Source: Laetmonice hystrix (lineage: Eukaryota). Taken from it: DNA of 64,000 bases. A program made the translations under genes and the position numbers. The notes under the pieces are model-generated. The model worked only from the letters and a program-made list of their open reading frames with translations. It was not told the DNA's origin and did no database searches. Position 1 is the first letter of the stretch, and every line of letters begins with the position of its first letter. Location: assembly GCA_965235115.1 (NCBI GenBank), contig OZ249440.1, positions 33,916,001 through 33,980,000 of the forward strand, given 5' to 3'. Of this stretch, positions 51,701-63,893 are shown piece after piece.

Positions 51701-54070
51701 ATCCCTGGAGCTCTCAGTGCTGTGGATAAGACCATGGAGGAGACATTTATGAAATTCGCCAAATCTTCAGGTATAAATTGTAATAAGCACCTTAAATTGT
51801 CTTCACTTGATTTCTACATTTATCTGACTAAAGGCTACTTCCTCATCGTGTCACTGTCCTTTTATTTCAGGCGGCCTGTCTGGGCTCTTCAACATGTTTC
51901 CTGCCTACCAGCGTTTCTGCCGCACCACTTCAATACGTGCCAAGTTCTTCGAGAAGATGCTAGAGATGTGCGACATGATAAGAGATCCAGAGTGTCCTAA
52001 AGCTGGGAAGCACAGGGAACTTGAGGCTGCTGAGATCAAGAAAAGTGAAGAGGCTGTGTGCCGAACCATCGTTGCCATACAAAGCTTCACAAACCCCTTT
52101 ACCATCCCTGATAAAGACCGCATCTACTCTCTCGCATCTGGTGCATCTGCTTCTCCTGAGGTGGAGATAGATGTTCTCAGGGCAGAAGCTGTGGGAAAAG
52201 CAGTCAAGAAGGCATTCATTGTGGAACGCTTCCAGGACCAGTCATCGGATACCAGTTTTTTTGACCCTATCAAGAAACTCAAGTTGCTGACCATGGAGGC
52301 CAATAATAAGAAAGTGAAGTTGACATCCACACAGGGAAAGGTGAGTTCTACCAATCCAACCAATGCAGAAGCTCACACCTTTCTCTTATTGAGCATGAAT
52401 CCTCAAAAAATGATCGTTTTATTCTTTGTTGCAGCTAATCCAGTACCAGGACCAGGGTAACCTGGCGTTTCAACTGCTGGTCAAGTCACAGCTGATGGAT
52501 GAGCCTCTCGACATCAGTGAGCTGATGCGTTACTCGCTTACTCCAGTCCCTCATTGTCTCGGTACTCCAGATGGCTTCTTTGCTAAAACCAACAAAGCCT
52601 TGATGCTGCATTACATCCTTGAGGACTACACCGACGAAGTTCCGTACCCAGGTGATGCCTTCTACATCCAAGATGGCAATGCCTTGATCCATGCTTTGAA
52701 GGACCTTCCACCAACTTTTGGTGGCATCTGTCTAAAAATTCTGGATCAGATGGTCTCCAAGAAAAATTTTGTATTTTCTACTGACTCCTACAACAAGGAC
52801 TCCATCAAAACACAAGAAAGATCGAGACGCGGGGTGTGTCAGAAGTTCATAGTACATGGTCCTGCCATGAGGAAACCCCTGGATATGAAAACTTTTCTTC
52901 AAAATGAAGAAAACAAGGAACAACTGTTCGATCTTCTCCTGAAGGTGTGGAGTAGCAATGACGCAGCATCAAGGCTTGTGACCTGTTCATCTGCTATTCT
53001 CATTGTGAAGGGCAAAGCTCACCAACTGGATGTGTCCAATGGGAAGGTGGAAGTCTCCGAGGTCCTCGAACTGTATTCCAAGCAGGAGGAGACCGACACA
53101 CGTGTCGTCCTGTACCTCAATCACGGCGATGGCCTAGTGGGCATGGATGTCGACACCTTATGCTATGCGAATGGGTGCAGTAATCTTAGGGCCTGGGTTC
53201 GATTCCTGTAGAGGACTATACAACTTTTCTCTTTAGGGACATTGTCAAAGTAATTGGGTTACCCCTGATGCCCGTGCATTTCAAAAGAAAAATGCAGTCC
53301 AAGCAGGCTTCAAGTCTGCTGTGGTCCGTACTCCGGACACTGACATTTTTTTCATTCTGCTCTATTATGCACACACCATGAAGATCACCATATATCTGGA
53401 CACTGGGGTGGGCAAACACAGACAAATGATTGATGTGTCTGCCATTGCCAAATCATTGGGAAGGGACTACTGTGATGCTCTGCTTGGGTTTTATGTTTTC
53501 ACTGGCGAGGACTGCACCAGTGCCTTCAAAGGCAAGGGAAAGGTAGTTCCCTTCAAAAAGCTCCAGAAGAACCCAAAATACCTACAAGCATTCCAGCAGC
53601 TTGGGTCAGAATGGAATGTAGAGTCCGAGCTCTACCAACAACTAGAAGCATTCACCTGCCTCGTGTATGGATATCCTCGTGAGACCAGTCTAAACGAGGT
53701 GAGGGCACTGATGCTGAAGAAGATGGTGGGAGAAGATGACAAAATTACAATTAAATCCAAGGTGGAGTTGTCTAGGCTTCCACCTTGTGCTGACTTCCAT
53801 GCCCCTCACGTTGACCGGGTCAATCACCGCGTTGCCTTGTTTAAAAGGTCACACATGCCCCTCTACTGGGTTCCTAAACCATATGATGGACAAGGATGGG
53901 TGAAGGAGGGTGACCTGCTTGAACCCCTGTGGTCACATGGACCCATTTTACCACCCTCTCTGATTGACCTTCTGGACAAAGCTGAGTACGAGGAGGAGAA
54001 CGGCGATGAAGAAGTCACTGACTATGATGACTTGCTTGAGTATCTGGAGGATGATAATGAGGATACCTAG
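48777..54070 (+). pseudogene. Academ transposase with XPG/FEN1-like nuclease domain (disabled)
   Basis: Motifs YHRQCY, DLFAVEAQFHPHC, WDN, TYDL, NYARY, QEETDTR, PDTD, FTGEDCTSAFKGKGK, RLPP. GT-AG introns 51381-51597, 51771-51870 and 52341-52434 keep frame. Lesions: extra A in the run at ~48790, stop at 49468-49470, SINE insertion. Confidence 0.88.
53124..53292 (+). mobile_element. tRNA-derived SINE-like insertion (169 bp)
   Basis: A box TGGCCTAGTGG at 53130-53140, B box GGTTCGATTCC at 53196-53206, A-rich tail. Removal restores VVLYLNH-AVQAGFKSAVVRTPDTD in frame. Confidence 0.75.
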
Positions 54071-54545
54071 GTTTGCCTTGCCTAATACGCTGTGTTTGTG
54101 TGTGAAGTGAGGTATTTTAAGTCAATCTAACAGAAAAATAATGCTCTTAATCATCTTTCTCCGTTATCCTTTTCAGAAGTTATGAAAACTTGATTATTGT
54201 CACTACGACATATGCAGTAATATGCAGGTTTCAGTTAATTTGGGGCATTAAGATTCACCCTATCACAAAATTAATGTTTTTAATCGTTTTCTTATATCGA
54301 AATTGCTTGAAAAAGTGGGCTCATTTGTCTTTCTGTGATGTCTGGTTCAAAAGTTATGAAAGTTATTGATCTTTGCCGATCGCCGATGACGAAATCCAAG
54401 ATGGCCGCCATATGAACCCCATGGGACATTATTTCGAGGTGTTAACATTGATTTTTGTTTATTGAACACCATAATGAGTATAAAAAAGTAGGTGTCGTTA
54501 AATGTTCCGGGGGGTGCATGGGGCCCCCCCCTTCCGACCCGACTA

Positions 54546-54798
54546 TAACTTCAAACCCTGTTGAAGCGCTGGAAGACATGCTGCCTCCCGCAACCTACTC
54601 ATTCATAAAATCGCAGGTGAATGTATCACAGAAGGCGAGGACAAAAAACGGGAACAGGTGGAGTGATGAGGACAAACGCATGGCACTCTCGCTATTCCAC
54701 CAAAGTCCGGCGTGCTATAGAGCACTTAAAAAAGTGTTTCTGTTGCCTTCCCAGAGCACTCTTCAATGCAGACAATGCCGAAAATTGACATAAATACA
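54546..54798 (+). pseudogene. P-element/THAP9-like transposase, middle fragment
   Basis: RWSDEDKRMALSLFHQSPACYRALKKVFLLPSQSTL matches the P-transposase HTH region; frameshift near 54765, then PKIDINT. Confidence 0.8.
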
Positions 54799-54991
54799 CA
54801 CACATAATCTGGATGGCCTAAAACTTAGTCACTATTGACTAACTCGCTTCGGTCAATTGGGCGGTGCCAAAAATCACTAACCTCCTTAGTCATGATTAGT
54901 CAACACTGACTAACGACCTTGGTCAGGCGTTTTCTAGGAATGGATTTCTGGGAATGTCTAGACCAAGGTGTTGGTCAAATTGACTGATGGA

Positions 54992-55197
54992 TGTAATGAT
55001 AAGATGGCGAGAGGATGGGGTAGATTGAGCTGGTTTTATTATCCTGAATTCGTGACACTCCAATTCCCTGTAATCATGGCCGCCGGAAGGACCCCCAACG
55101 CATCTTGGTTAACCCCCTGGCGACCGATAAGGTGCTCTGGTCTAGTCACTGTAATTACCACCAGGTGGCAGTTATGTTTGTATGTGTTATCGTTACA
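54992..55197 (-). repeat. 3' LTR
   Basis: TG...CA ends; preceded on the minus strand by PPT AGGAAGGGGGA (55198-55208). Confidence 0.95.
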
Positions 55198-55516
55198 TCC
55201 CCCTTCCTACAGTTAAAGATAAAGACCAGGTACGATCATTATTGCTCGAAGAAACATTATATACGGGTATGTGCATGTATAGTCAAAAGTGAATAGCAGA
55301 ATCTGGATCTGGCATAACGAGTTTAGTCAATATGAGTCCTGGTTCACGTTAATTCAGAATAATGTCAAGAAAAGGGTTATTGTCCTTTGGATTAAAATCC
55401 GATGATTGGTTTGACCCGATTTGAGCTGTGAACAAAAGGTATAGGCGTAGACTGCCCCAAACCCATCATGTTTGTAGGGGTTATTCTGCCCTATGTTTTA
55501 GACACACACACCGTAA

Positions 55517-58500
55517 CTATTCATCACAATATCTCCTGGGTGGTTTCACAACACGTCCACTCCTAGTTATAGTAGGCCTAGCGTCTTCCTGAACAGGACT
55601 TGAGGAGAGGGCGACTGGTGGCGCCTCCACTTGTGGTTTGGGTGATGGTGGAGGTATAATTAGCTCCGTGTGTGGCAATGCTGGTTGTGGTCCACCCTTT
55701 GGTCGCTCCCTCAGTTGGATCCTGTTGCGCCTGACCATATTCCCATTTGGTTTTTCCACAACATAAGATCGTGGTGCTGCTTCCTGAACTACCTTGGCTG
55801 GGCACCAAGCGTGTGTAGTTTTGTTGAACACGCCGACTTCCTGGCCAGGGTAGAGTGGTGGAAGTTCCTGGGCCGTCTTGTCATGGTATGCTTTTGACAC
55901 ATTTTGCCTTAGTTGCATTCGCTCTTTTACAGTTCTGTTGGTGTTTTCTTCTGTGCGGAATGGAAGGGCAGCCACCAAACTGCGATTCATAAGCAGTTCC
56001 CCTGGCGATGGAATGACACTGTCGATCGGCGTGGCGCGGAGGTTGAGCAGAACCTTCTTTATGTTTTGTCCTGATCTCATAGCCTTCTTGATAATAGGCT
56101 TGATCCATTTGATCTGCCTCTCAATGAATCCATTGGACCTCGGGTATTCAGGGGACGATGTTATGTGTTCTATCTCCCATTCCTTGCAAAACGTCTTGAA
56201 GGACTCTCCTGTATATTGGGGGCCATTGTCAGACCTGATAATGTTTGGTTTCCCAAAGACGCTGCATACACCCTCTATGTAGTCTGCTACAGAGGCTGAC
56301 GTTGTGGACGATAGCAGTTTGACAAGAGGGTATCTTGAGTAGTAGTCTGAAACAATGATGTATGTCTTCTTTTGTATCTCGAATAGGTCGGTTCCTATCA
56401 CTTCCCATGGCCCATTGGGAATCTGTGTCGGCAGAAGAGGCTCCTTGACGTTTCCCTCTTGAAATTCCTGACACATTGGGCAGTGCTTTACCATCTTGTT
56501 GATGTCCTCGTTTATGCCTGGCCAGTACACTGTCTCCCTTGCGAACAGCCGTGTTTTCTCGACCCCTTGGTGGCCAACATGTAGCTGTTGTAGTATGTCG
56601 AGTCGCATGGTATCTGGAATGACAATTTGTTTTCCTTTGAAGAGAACTCCATCCTCTATCCCGAGTGAGTCACGGAAACTCCAGTAGGGTCGCAAATCTG
56701 TTGGGAGGTCCTTAATTGTTTCTGGCCAACCGTTGTATATGATTTCAGCCAATGCATTGAAGACGGGACATTTCTTAGTTTCAGTCCTGAGATGGTGTTG
56801 TTTCCCTGGGCTGAACTGGATAAGTCGAGATCAATGTCGTCAACTCTGACATCTAGTGGTACATCTCCAGTTTCGCCTGGGTCTGGCAACCGGGACAAAG
56901 TATCCGAGATGACCATCTGTTCACCTGGTCGGTATTTGACGGTGAAGTCGTGACCTTGTATCTTCAGTAGCATCCGCTGAAGTCGTGGTGGTGCAGACGA
57001 GATAGGCTTCTGGGCGATCATCTCCAATGGTTTGTGATCAGTAACCACCGTGAAAGATCTTCCATAGAGGAATGAGGTGAAACGCTCTATCCCATACACT
57101 ACGGCGAGCATCTCGCGTTCTATATTGGCATAATTCCTCTGCGCTTCGGCGAGGGTCTTGGACGCAAAGGCAATTGGTCTCCCCTCCTAGACAAGGCATG
57201 CCCCTAATCCCTTCAGCGAGGCATCCACTTCCAGGCTAACAGGTTTTGTGACATCATAGAAGGCAACAAGACGGGATATTATGGCTTCCTTGAGCCTGGC
57301 AACGGCAGTTTGGTGCATTTCTTCCCATATGAAGGGAACATCCTTCTTCAAAAGGTTCCTAAGTGGTGATGACAGTGAGCTCAGGTTGGGGATAAACGTC
57401 CCCAGGTACGTCAGTAACCCTAAAAAAACGTTTTAGGTCCTCAGGGTTGCTGGATTCTGGCATGTCGGTGATGGCACGAACTTTGGCTGGGTCTGGTGAT
57501 ATCCCCTTCTCACTGTAAGTGTTGCCAAAAAAGGATATGGAGTCAGCCTTGATTGTGCACTTGGCTGAGTTAAAGACGAGTCCAAACTCTTTGGCAGCAT
57601 CCATTAAGGCTAGAAGATGTTTGTCGTGTTCTTCATCATTTCGGCCAACTACGCAGATGTCGTCCATTATTCCTGCGCATCCCTCCAGGTTCTCCAAGAA
57701 CTCGTCCATACGCTGTTGGAATATATCTTGGCTGACATTCAAACCGAAGGGTAACCTGGTGAAACAGTACCTCCCAAAGGGCGTTCGGAAGGTGGTGAGT
57801 AGTTGGCTGTCCTCCGCGAGGGGTACACTCCAGTAGCCAGTTTTGGCATCCAGCTTACTGAATACCTTAGCTCCGACGAACTTTGGGTTCACCTCCTCGA
57901 GTCTAGGCATCTTGTGGGGGCATCTCTTTATGGCATCATTGAGTCGTTTTGGATCCAGGCAGATCCTAAGACTACCATCTTTCTTGGTGCTATAGACAAG
58001 GCTGGAGCACCAGTCCGTATGTTGGTCCACCTTACGAATCACGCCTGATTCTATCATCTCATGGAGTCCAGCTTTTATCTTCGGTAGTAAGTTGATGTTG
58101 GACTTGCGTGGACGGTCACTGTGTGGCTCCGCTCCAGGCTTGAGGATGATCCTCGCAGGTTCCTTGAAACATCCAATGTCATCAAACTGTCCTGGGTACA
58201 GGCTTTTTAAATCATCGATAGTGGAGACTGACTTATGGACATTGTCCACTTCTACCTTCTTACAGTTTATTGTAACGAGACCTAGGGCCTCGCAGGCTGG
58301 GAGCCCAAGTATAACAGGTCCCTTTACGTCAACCACGTAGAAGGTTGTGTCCACCCACTCAGATGTTTGGTATTTGCACTTTATCGACATCGACCCTAGG
58401 CATTTGATGCTGTTTCCAGAGTACTATGTAAGTTTGGCCGTTGAGGTCGGTTTTAGGATATCCTCCGGGTCCAAATTCCCATACATTTGCTGGAAGGTGC

Positions 58501-59560
58501 GTAGTGGCAAGGCGTTGGCATTTGCACCGGTGTCGATCTTAGCCTTAAGGGTATGTTTGCCCTTGATGTATGGCACATTTACATCCAATGTGGCAAAAGC
58601 TTTGTCCCTTTCGATTGTGTCAATAACAGTGAGGTTGATGGCATAAAACCCCCTTGTTAGCTCATCACCACTTCCAGTGCCGTCGTTATTGGTATCGTTC
58701 CCTTGTATCGCGCGTACCTTAGCTCCTGCCCACTTCGAAGGCTTCCTTGGTCGGACCCTCCGTTCTGAGGTATTGGCATTGGCACCTGTACTCATTGACT
58801 TGGCAGCGTCAGCTTTCTTTTGGCGACAAAGCTTCATCCAGTGACCCATGCTATGGCAATAATTGCATTTGGACTCATAGGCTGGGCACTCTCGGAATTT
58901 ATGTATTCTTCCACAGTTCCCACAGGGTTTTTTCTGTTTGCCTTTTTGTCCGTCACGTCTCTGGACGTAGTCTACTCTTTGCCCACCTGGTTTGGTCCCG
59001 TGGAACGCTTCTAACTTTAAGAAGCCTTGTGATGCAGCTTCATGTTGTCTTCCGTCCCCCAGTACGTTTTCTAGGGTTAGGTCACCCCCTTTTCCAAGAA
59101 GGTCACGCCTAAACAACTCCATCGATGTGGAAGCGATGACGAGTTAAATTACCCGTTCTTGGAGTTCCGCCTCAGTGAACTCACATAGAAGTGCTTGCGT
59201 ACGGGCCCTGCACACAAACTCATCGAGTGTCTCTCCCTCGGCCTGTCGGAAGTCGTTCATTAATATGAGGCGGTGTACACGGAAGTTTACTGTCACATTC
59301 AGCTGCTCCTCAAACAATCTCCAGATCCTCTCCGGATCCTTCAGGTCATCATTGGTCAGCCCTGATGCATTCAGCCGCCCTGATGCATTCAGCCGGCGTA
59401 GGCCCTCATCACCCAGGCCTATTTTGATTTTCCTGGCAATTTTCTCCCGGTCTGTCACTTCGTTGTCTTCACACACTAAAGACATTCTTTGCTTGAAGAG
59501 TTTAAATGTTTCGGCTTTGTTGGGAGTGTCCCAATTCATCGTGGGGTATTTGGCAGCCAT
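55517..59560 (-). pseudogene. gag-pol polyprotein (disabled)
   Basis: Paired Zn knuckles, protease KIDTGA, RT (LDAKTGYW, LPFGL, IMDD), RNase H (TDHKPL), integrase (HHCC, SDNGPQY). Stops at 59144, 58424 and 57187; frameshifts at ~57425 and ~56790. Confidence 0.92.
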
Positions 59561-59845
59561 GGCGTCGGTTAACGACTTCGTGCGGCATACACTGGTGGTA
59601 TATACTGACCAGCATGCACAGGTTCCACTGGCAGTGGTATAGGGTTCTTAAGGAAAGTTTATGGCACTGGTATTGAAGTTACTGTGAGTGACTTCTTGTC
59701 CATGGTATGGTATACCTCACACTGTTGACGACACCTTGTACCTCAATCCACAACTGTTGCTAGGTTGGGTGGCATAAATGTCCCACTACTCACAGTCTTG
59801 CCATGTCCTGAAGCTGTTGGTGTCTTTTGGCACGTATCCATTTAC

Positions 59846-59857
59846 CAGCTGCCACCA
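59846..59857 (-). promoter_or_regulatory. Primer binding site (tRNA-Leu-like)
   Basis: TGGTGGCAGCTG directly after the 5' LTR, complementary to a tRNA end ...GCUGCCACCA. Confidence 0.7.
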
Positions 59858-60063
59858 TGTTATGATAAGATGGCGAGAGGATGGGGTAGATTGAGCTGGT
59901 TTTATTATCCTGAATTCGTGACACTCCAATTCCCTGTAATCATGGCCGCCGGAAGGACCCCCAACGCATCTTGGTTAACCCCCTGGCGACCGATAAGGTG
60001 CTCTGGTCTAGTCACTGTAATTACCACCAGGTGGCAGTTATGTTTGTATGTGTTATCGTTACA
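59858..60063 (-). repeat. 5' LTR
   Basis: Matches 54992-55197 with one visible mismatch. Confidence 0.95.
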
Positions 60064-60674
60064 ATGGATAGCTTGAATAACCAACTGGTTATCCATTCAA
60101 TTATATGGCAATGCTGCACTTTCGGCTAAAACGGCGCCTGGCCCACGGCACTCGTTCATACCCGCCTGCGTAGATTAGTACAAATGGAAGCCTTTTTGGA
60201 ATGCTTTGACATGAAGATAATGGACCTGGGCAGAGGATACATGCTGAAACAAGGCAACATTAACGACTTAAATGTTCTAAATTTCTCTTTATATTCATCC
60301 AAGCCAAACATGACTATACTTGTTACATCATTATTATCAACACGGTTAGGAAATAACATTAATTCACACCATCACCTGCCAATTAAACCAACAGCCGTTT
60401 CTCTTGAACATTTATATCACACCAAAGACTCGTTTCAATATCTTGTCGAAAAACAAACACCTGCAACTTTAAAAAACACCTTTATATCTGCTCTCCACTT
60501 AATGAAAGTCTGCTTGACCTAGGCGGAGAAAAAATTGAACTGAGTTTGAACACCTCACATTTCTCTTGTAGGCCTACATTTAAATCACGCCATGACTCGT
60601 TTCAATATCTTGTAGAAAAACAAAAACCTGCACATTTAAAAAACACATTAATGTCTGCTCTCCACTTAGCGAGT

Positions 60675-60940
60675 TCACTGCCAAATGTGGGCATACTTCG
60701 TACTTTTGTTTACAGACTTGTCTTTAAGCCCGAGAAAGTAGTTTTGTACAAAACTTAGTGTCTTTGCGATTTTGGGTGGATATGAGAGGTTCAACATGTG
60801 GAGCGTCTTGAAGTGGAGACCCAGAGCATCCACCAGTCCGATTCCTCTAACTATCCGCTGCCTCTCCACAACGACATACACAACTTGTTCACCATCAAAA
60901 TCTTCAACTCTTCCAGTTTGAAGGACTGGATGGTCAACCT
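60675..60940 (-). pseudogene. Terminal exon resembling the accessory ORF of animal EnSpm/CMC elements (SAMD3-like C-terminus)
   Basis: Acceptor TTTACAG then VVVERQRI...DALGLHFKTLHMLNLSYP...SFVQNYFL; motif recalled, not searched. Confidence 0.55.
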
Positions 60941-62455
60941 GTAAAGACATTATATTGTTTTTCATTCGTGTCTAATGGATCGATCTTGGATGATATTGTG
61001 GCATACTTGTATGCTTCTGTTGTCCAAGAAATGAAATGTCTATGGAAATATATATATATATATATAAGATATATTATGACAATTTCTCACCAAATGGGCA
61101 CAATTGCATTTTGGGACTTTTGAGGACTGTAACTGTCAAGAGTTGGACTTTTTACACCAATGAATAGGCCTATTGCATAGGGGAGACGTAGAGCTTTCCT
61201 GCATAGGTTTGTCGTATCTGGGATGGATTTTTCCTGCTCCTATCTGAGTGTTTTTATTTTAAACCCATACAGAAAAAATTCTTGTTGCATTTATTTACAC
61301 TTAATTCCCGGCGTTAAGTACATGCTCTGAAGTCAGTGTAACAGCAAAGGAATTTAGAAATATTTAAAGAGACGCGTCACTTTTCTCAGTGGCGCCACCT
61401 CGTGGCAATTGACGAACTCTATTTCTACACGTTGCAACGCGTTTTTTACGTCACTCAATGCTGTCAACAACACGGCAATGCAGAGGCAGAGTCAAGTCTG
61501 GCCGCTTCGCATCCCAGAAACAGTTTGACAAAAGGCTTCATGATGCCAGAAAAATGTACTTGACTATGTGTTTTAACATTGGAGTCTATGGGACCGATAA
61601 GACCCTTGGTAGTGAAAATGTCGATATCTCATGAATTTCCATGGTGACATATGATTTTTTTTAATCTAAAGTGTTCAAAACAAGTCATGCAACAATTCTG
61701 AGAAGTATTTTCAGAATCTCTGGGTTAGAAATGTCTGAAAAAAATCTTCTCTCTTCTAATTCGAACCAAAAATTTCACGTATCTCTCTCTACTGTAGACT
61801 GTAGTAGTGCGAGTTGAAGGCCTATCTTCAAATGCTCATAACTCGGGATCCGATATGGTGACCCGCCATTTTCTTTGCACCAAAATACTCGAAAAATGTA
61901 GAATTATTTTATGTGAAAGTAGCCTGAAAATCTCTGGGTCAGAAATTTTTGGCTTATTGGTGTCGAGTCCCTTTAAAAAAAAGAAATTCACAAGTACCGT
62001 AAACTGGGGTTACTTTGGCCACATTGGGGCGTTTTTGTGCTGATCAAGGAAAGACAGATTCTGAGTTTCATATTATGTAAATGAAGGTTGTATGTCAAGG
62101 TATACATTTACAATGCCTCATGGTAATAATATTTGAACTTGACCTATTTTTTAAAAAAGTATTGGGCGGCCAAAGTAACCATGGCAATGAGGCTACTTTG
62201 GCCATCCATTGTGTTTTTTTAAAAAATACTATGATACCGTTGGAAAGCTCATCATTTTTTGTTTTTAATTCTTCAACCCCGCCCGCAAGCGCTCCAGAAT
62301 TTCTGTGTCATTAGAGCACTTTTCTGGTAGTCTGTCTTGGCCACTGGTATCGGCTGTTCAGCATACTTCTCGTTGAACTGACCGTGGAATGAGATTGTTC
62401 TAGTATTATAACTAAGACTAAACAGTGTAGTGAGATGTCAATATGTTTGTTAATG

Positions 62456-62928
62456 CAGTGATGTCGGAACAGGGGGGAGAGGGGCCATGCCCCCCCCCCC
62501 CACTTTCAAAAGTGGGGGGCCATACTATGGTTTGCCCCTCCCCCCACTTTTCAGGGCTGTTCAACAATATACAGCTGAGTTGAGTGGCACAGTCTGATAA
62601 TAATACATAGGCGCTGGAACCGGGGGGGGGGGCAGGAGGGGCACGTTGCCCCCCAGCTCAAAAGCTGGGGGGCAGGCATATAGTGTTGCCCCCCCCCCCA
62701 GCCCAAGGTGGCAGGAGATGCTCAGACCGTCAGAGGGCTTAGATTTTGTTCCCAGATGCCAGGAAAACTCATATTTGTCACTTTAATGTTCAAATTTTTC
62801 TGGGGGAGGGCTTCACGCCTTCCGCGCTCGCATCTCCAGTATTTCAAATCGTGAAACTTGGTCCCTATGTTTTGGTCTTTGCCCCCCCCCCCCCCCCCCC
62901 CCACCTGTGAATATCTTCCGACGTCCAG
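62456..62928. mobile_element. Possible hAT-like MITE remnants with G/C-run palindromes
   Basis: CAGTGATGTCGGAA ... TTCCGACGTCCAG imperfect inverted ends; a second start CATAGGCGCTGGAACC at ~62606. No TSD found. Confidence 0.35.
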
Positions 62929-63634
62929 CGGCAAGCACATACCACGCACCAGGGCGCGAGTCGCTGTCAGTGTCAGCCGACAATCAACTCGTATTTTACA
63001 TACACTGCGCTAGGAATCTTTATCAAACTTACCACCCACAAAGGCTATACGTTCTAAAGCTAGGAGCATGTTTTTAATACCTAAGACTGGTAAAATTGTT
63101 AAAAAAAAACGAGTGAATGGCTAGATCCTGTCCGACGCGTGAACACGGCTGCAGGGTCCACGGGAGCGCCCGATCACGCCCCGCCAGAGTCCGGCTTGAT
63201 AATAGGACGCTCGGTCTCTGCGATCGCTATTATGTTTGGTCGTATACTGGGATAGACCTACTGAATCACATCGCAGACCTGGCTTCTGTGGATCTACTGT
63301 TATTCGTAGGGGCACAGACCCATAACCAGAGACTGAAGACTCCTCGATGATTTAACGTTTACGCTCCGTTGCAAACGGCCATGGATGTCCCATTTTAAAG
63401 AAGAATAAGATGGATTTACTTACCAGTGAAGGTCAGAGCTCAGCAGCCATGTACTTGTCGTTCCTGGCAGTCATGTGACCGGCATACATTTCCGGGCTAA
63501 CGTATTCGGTTATTTTGACTAAGAAGGTAAATCTTTTTCTTAGTTGGGCTTGGTCCTTATGAATACCCCAATATTGACTAACGGTACCTTGGTCATTACT
63601 GACTAACTTTCCATAGGGTAGGATTTTCAGTGCA

Positions 63635-63893
63635 GGGTTTTGCAAATCTATATTCACTGGACTGAAAGCATATGCCAGTGGACTTAGCAAGTTAAAACGA
63701 GAAGTTGTACTCGTTTATGATGAAGTAGCGATAAAAGAGCGTCTAAACTTTAATGTCAAGACCGATCACATTGAGGGGTTCGGTGACTTCGGCACCAGCT
63801 TTTCACAGTACATTGCCAACCATGCGGGTGTGTTCATGCTTCGATCTCTAACTGAATCCTGGAAGCAACCACTGGGATACTTTCTTTCTTCAG
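63635..63893 (+). pseudogene. P-element/THAP9-like transposase, catalytic-domain fragment
   Basis: GFCKS...VLVYDEVAIKERL..NVKTDHIEGFGDFG...ANHAGVFMLRSLTESWKQPLGYF followed by a GT donor at 63894. Confidence 0.88.

Larger units (their letters stand above)
47046..54545 (+). mobile_element. Academ DNA transposon (7500 bp, ~285-bp TIRs, TAA TSD)
   Basis: TIRs 47046-47330 and 54261-54545 with TAGTCGGG...CCCGACTA termini. TAA at 47043-47045 and 54546-54548. Internal Academ-type transposase plus XPG-like nuclease. Confidence 0.9.
54992..60063 (-). mobile_element. Full-length Gypsy (Mag-like) LTR retrotransposon
   Basis: 206-bp LTRs, ATGGA TSD (54987-54991, 60064-60068), PBS, PPT, and domain order gag-PR-RT-RH-IN. 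Confidence 0.95.
54799..63632. mobile_element. CMC/EnSpm-like DNA transposon (non-autonomous remnant), CA TSD
   Basis: CAC...GTG termini with co-linear imperfect TIRs and TTAGTCA/TGACTAA subterminal repeats at both ends. CA at 54797-54798 and 63633-63634. Removal restores KIDINT-GFCKS in frame. Confidence 0.75.

Noticed and set aside
53124..53215. Functional tRNA gene
   Set aside because: A and B boxes are present but no convincing cloverleaf; it sits within a transposase exon and has an A-rich tail.
61995..62205. Tc1/pogo-like MITE end (TA|CCGTAAACTGGGGTTACTTTG)
   Set aside because: Only one end is visible.
54546..63893. Domesticated host THAP9 gene with large introns
   Set aside because: The interruptions have TIR/TSD ends rather than splice sites, and there is a frameshift.
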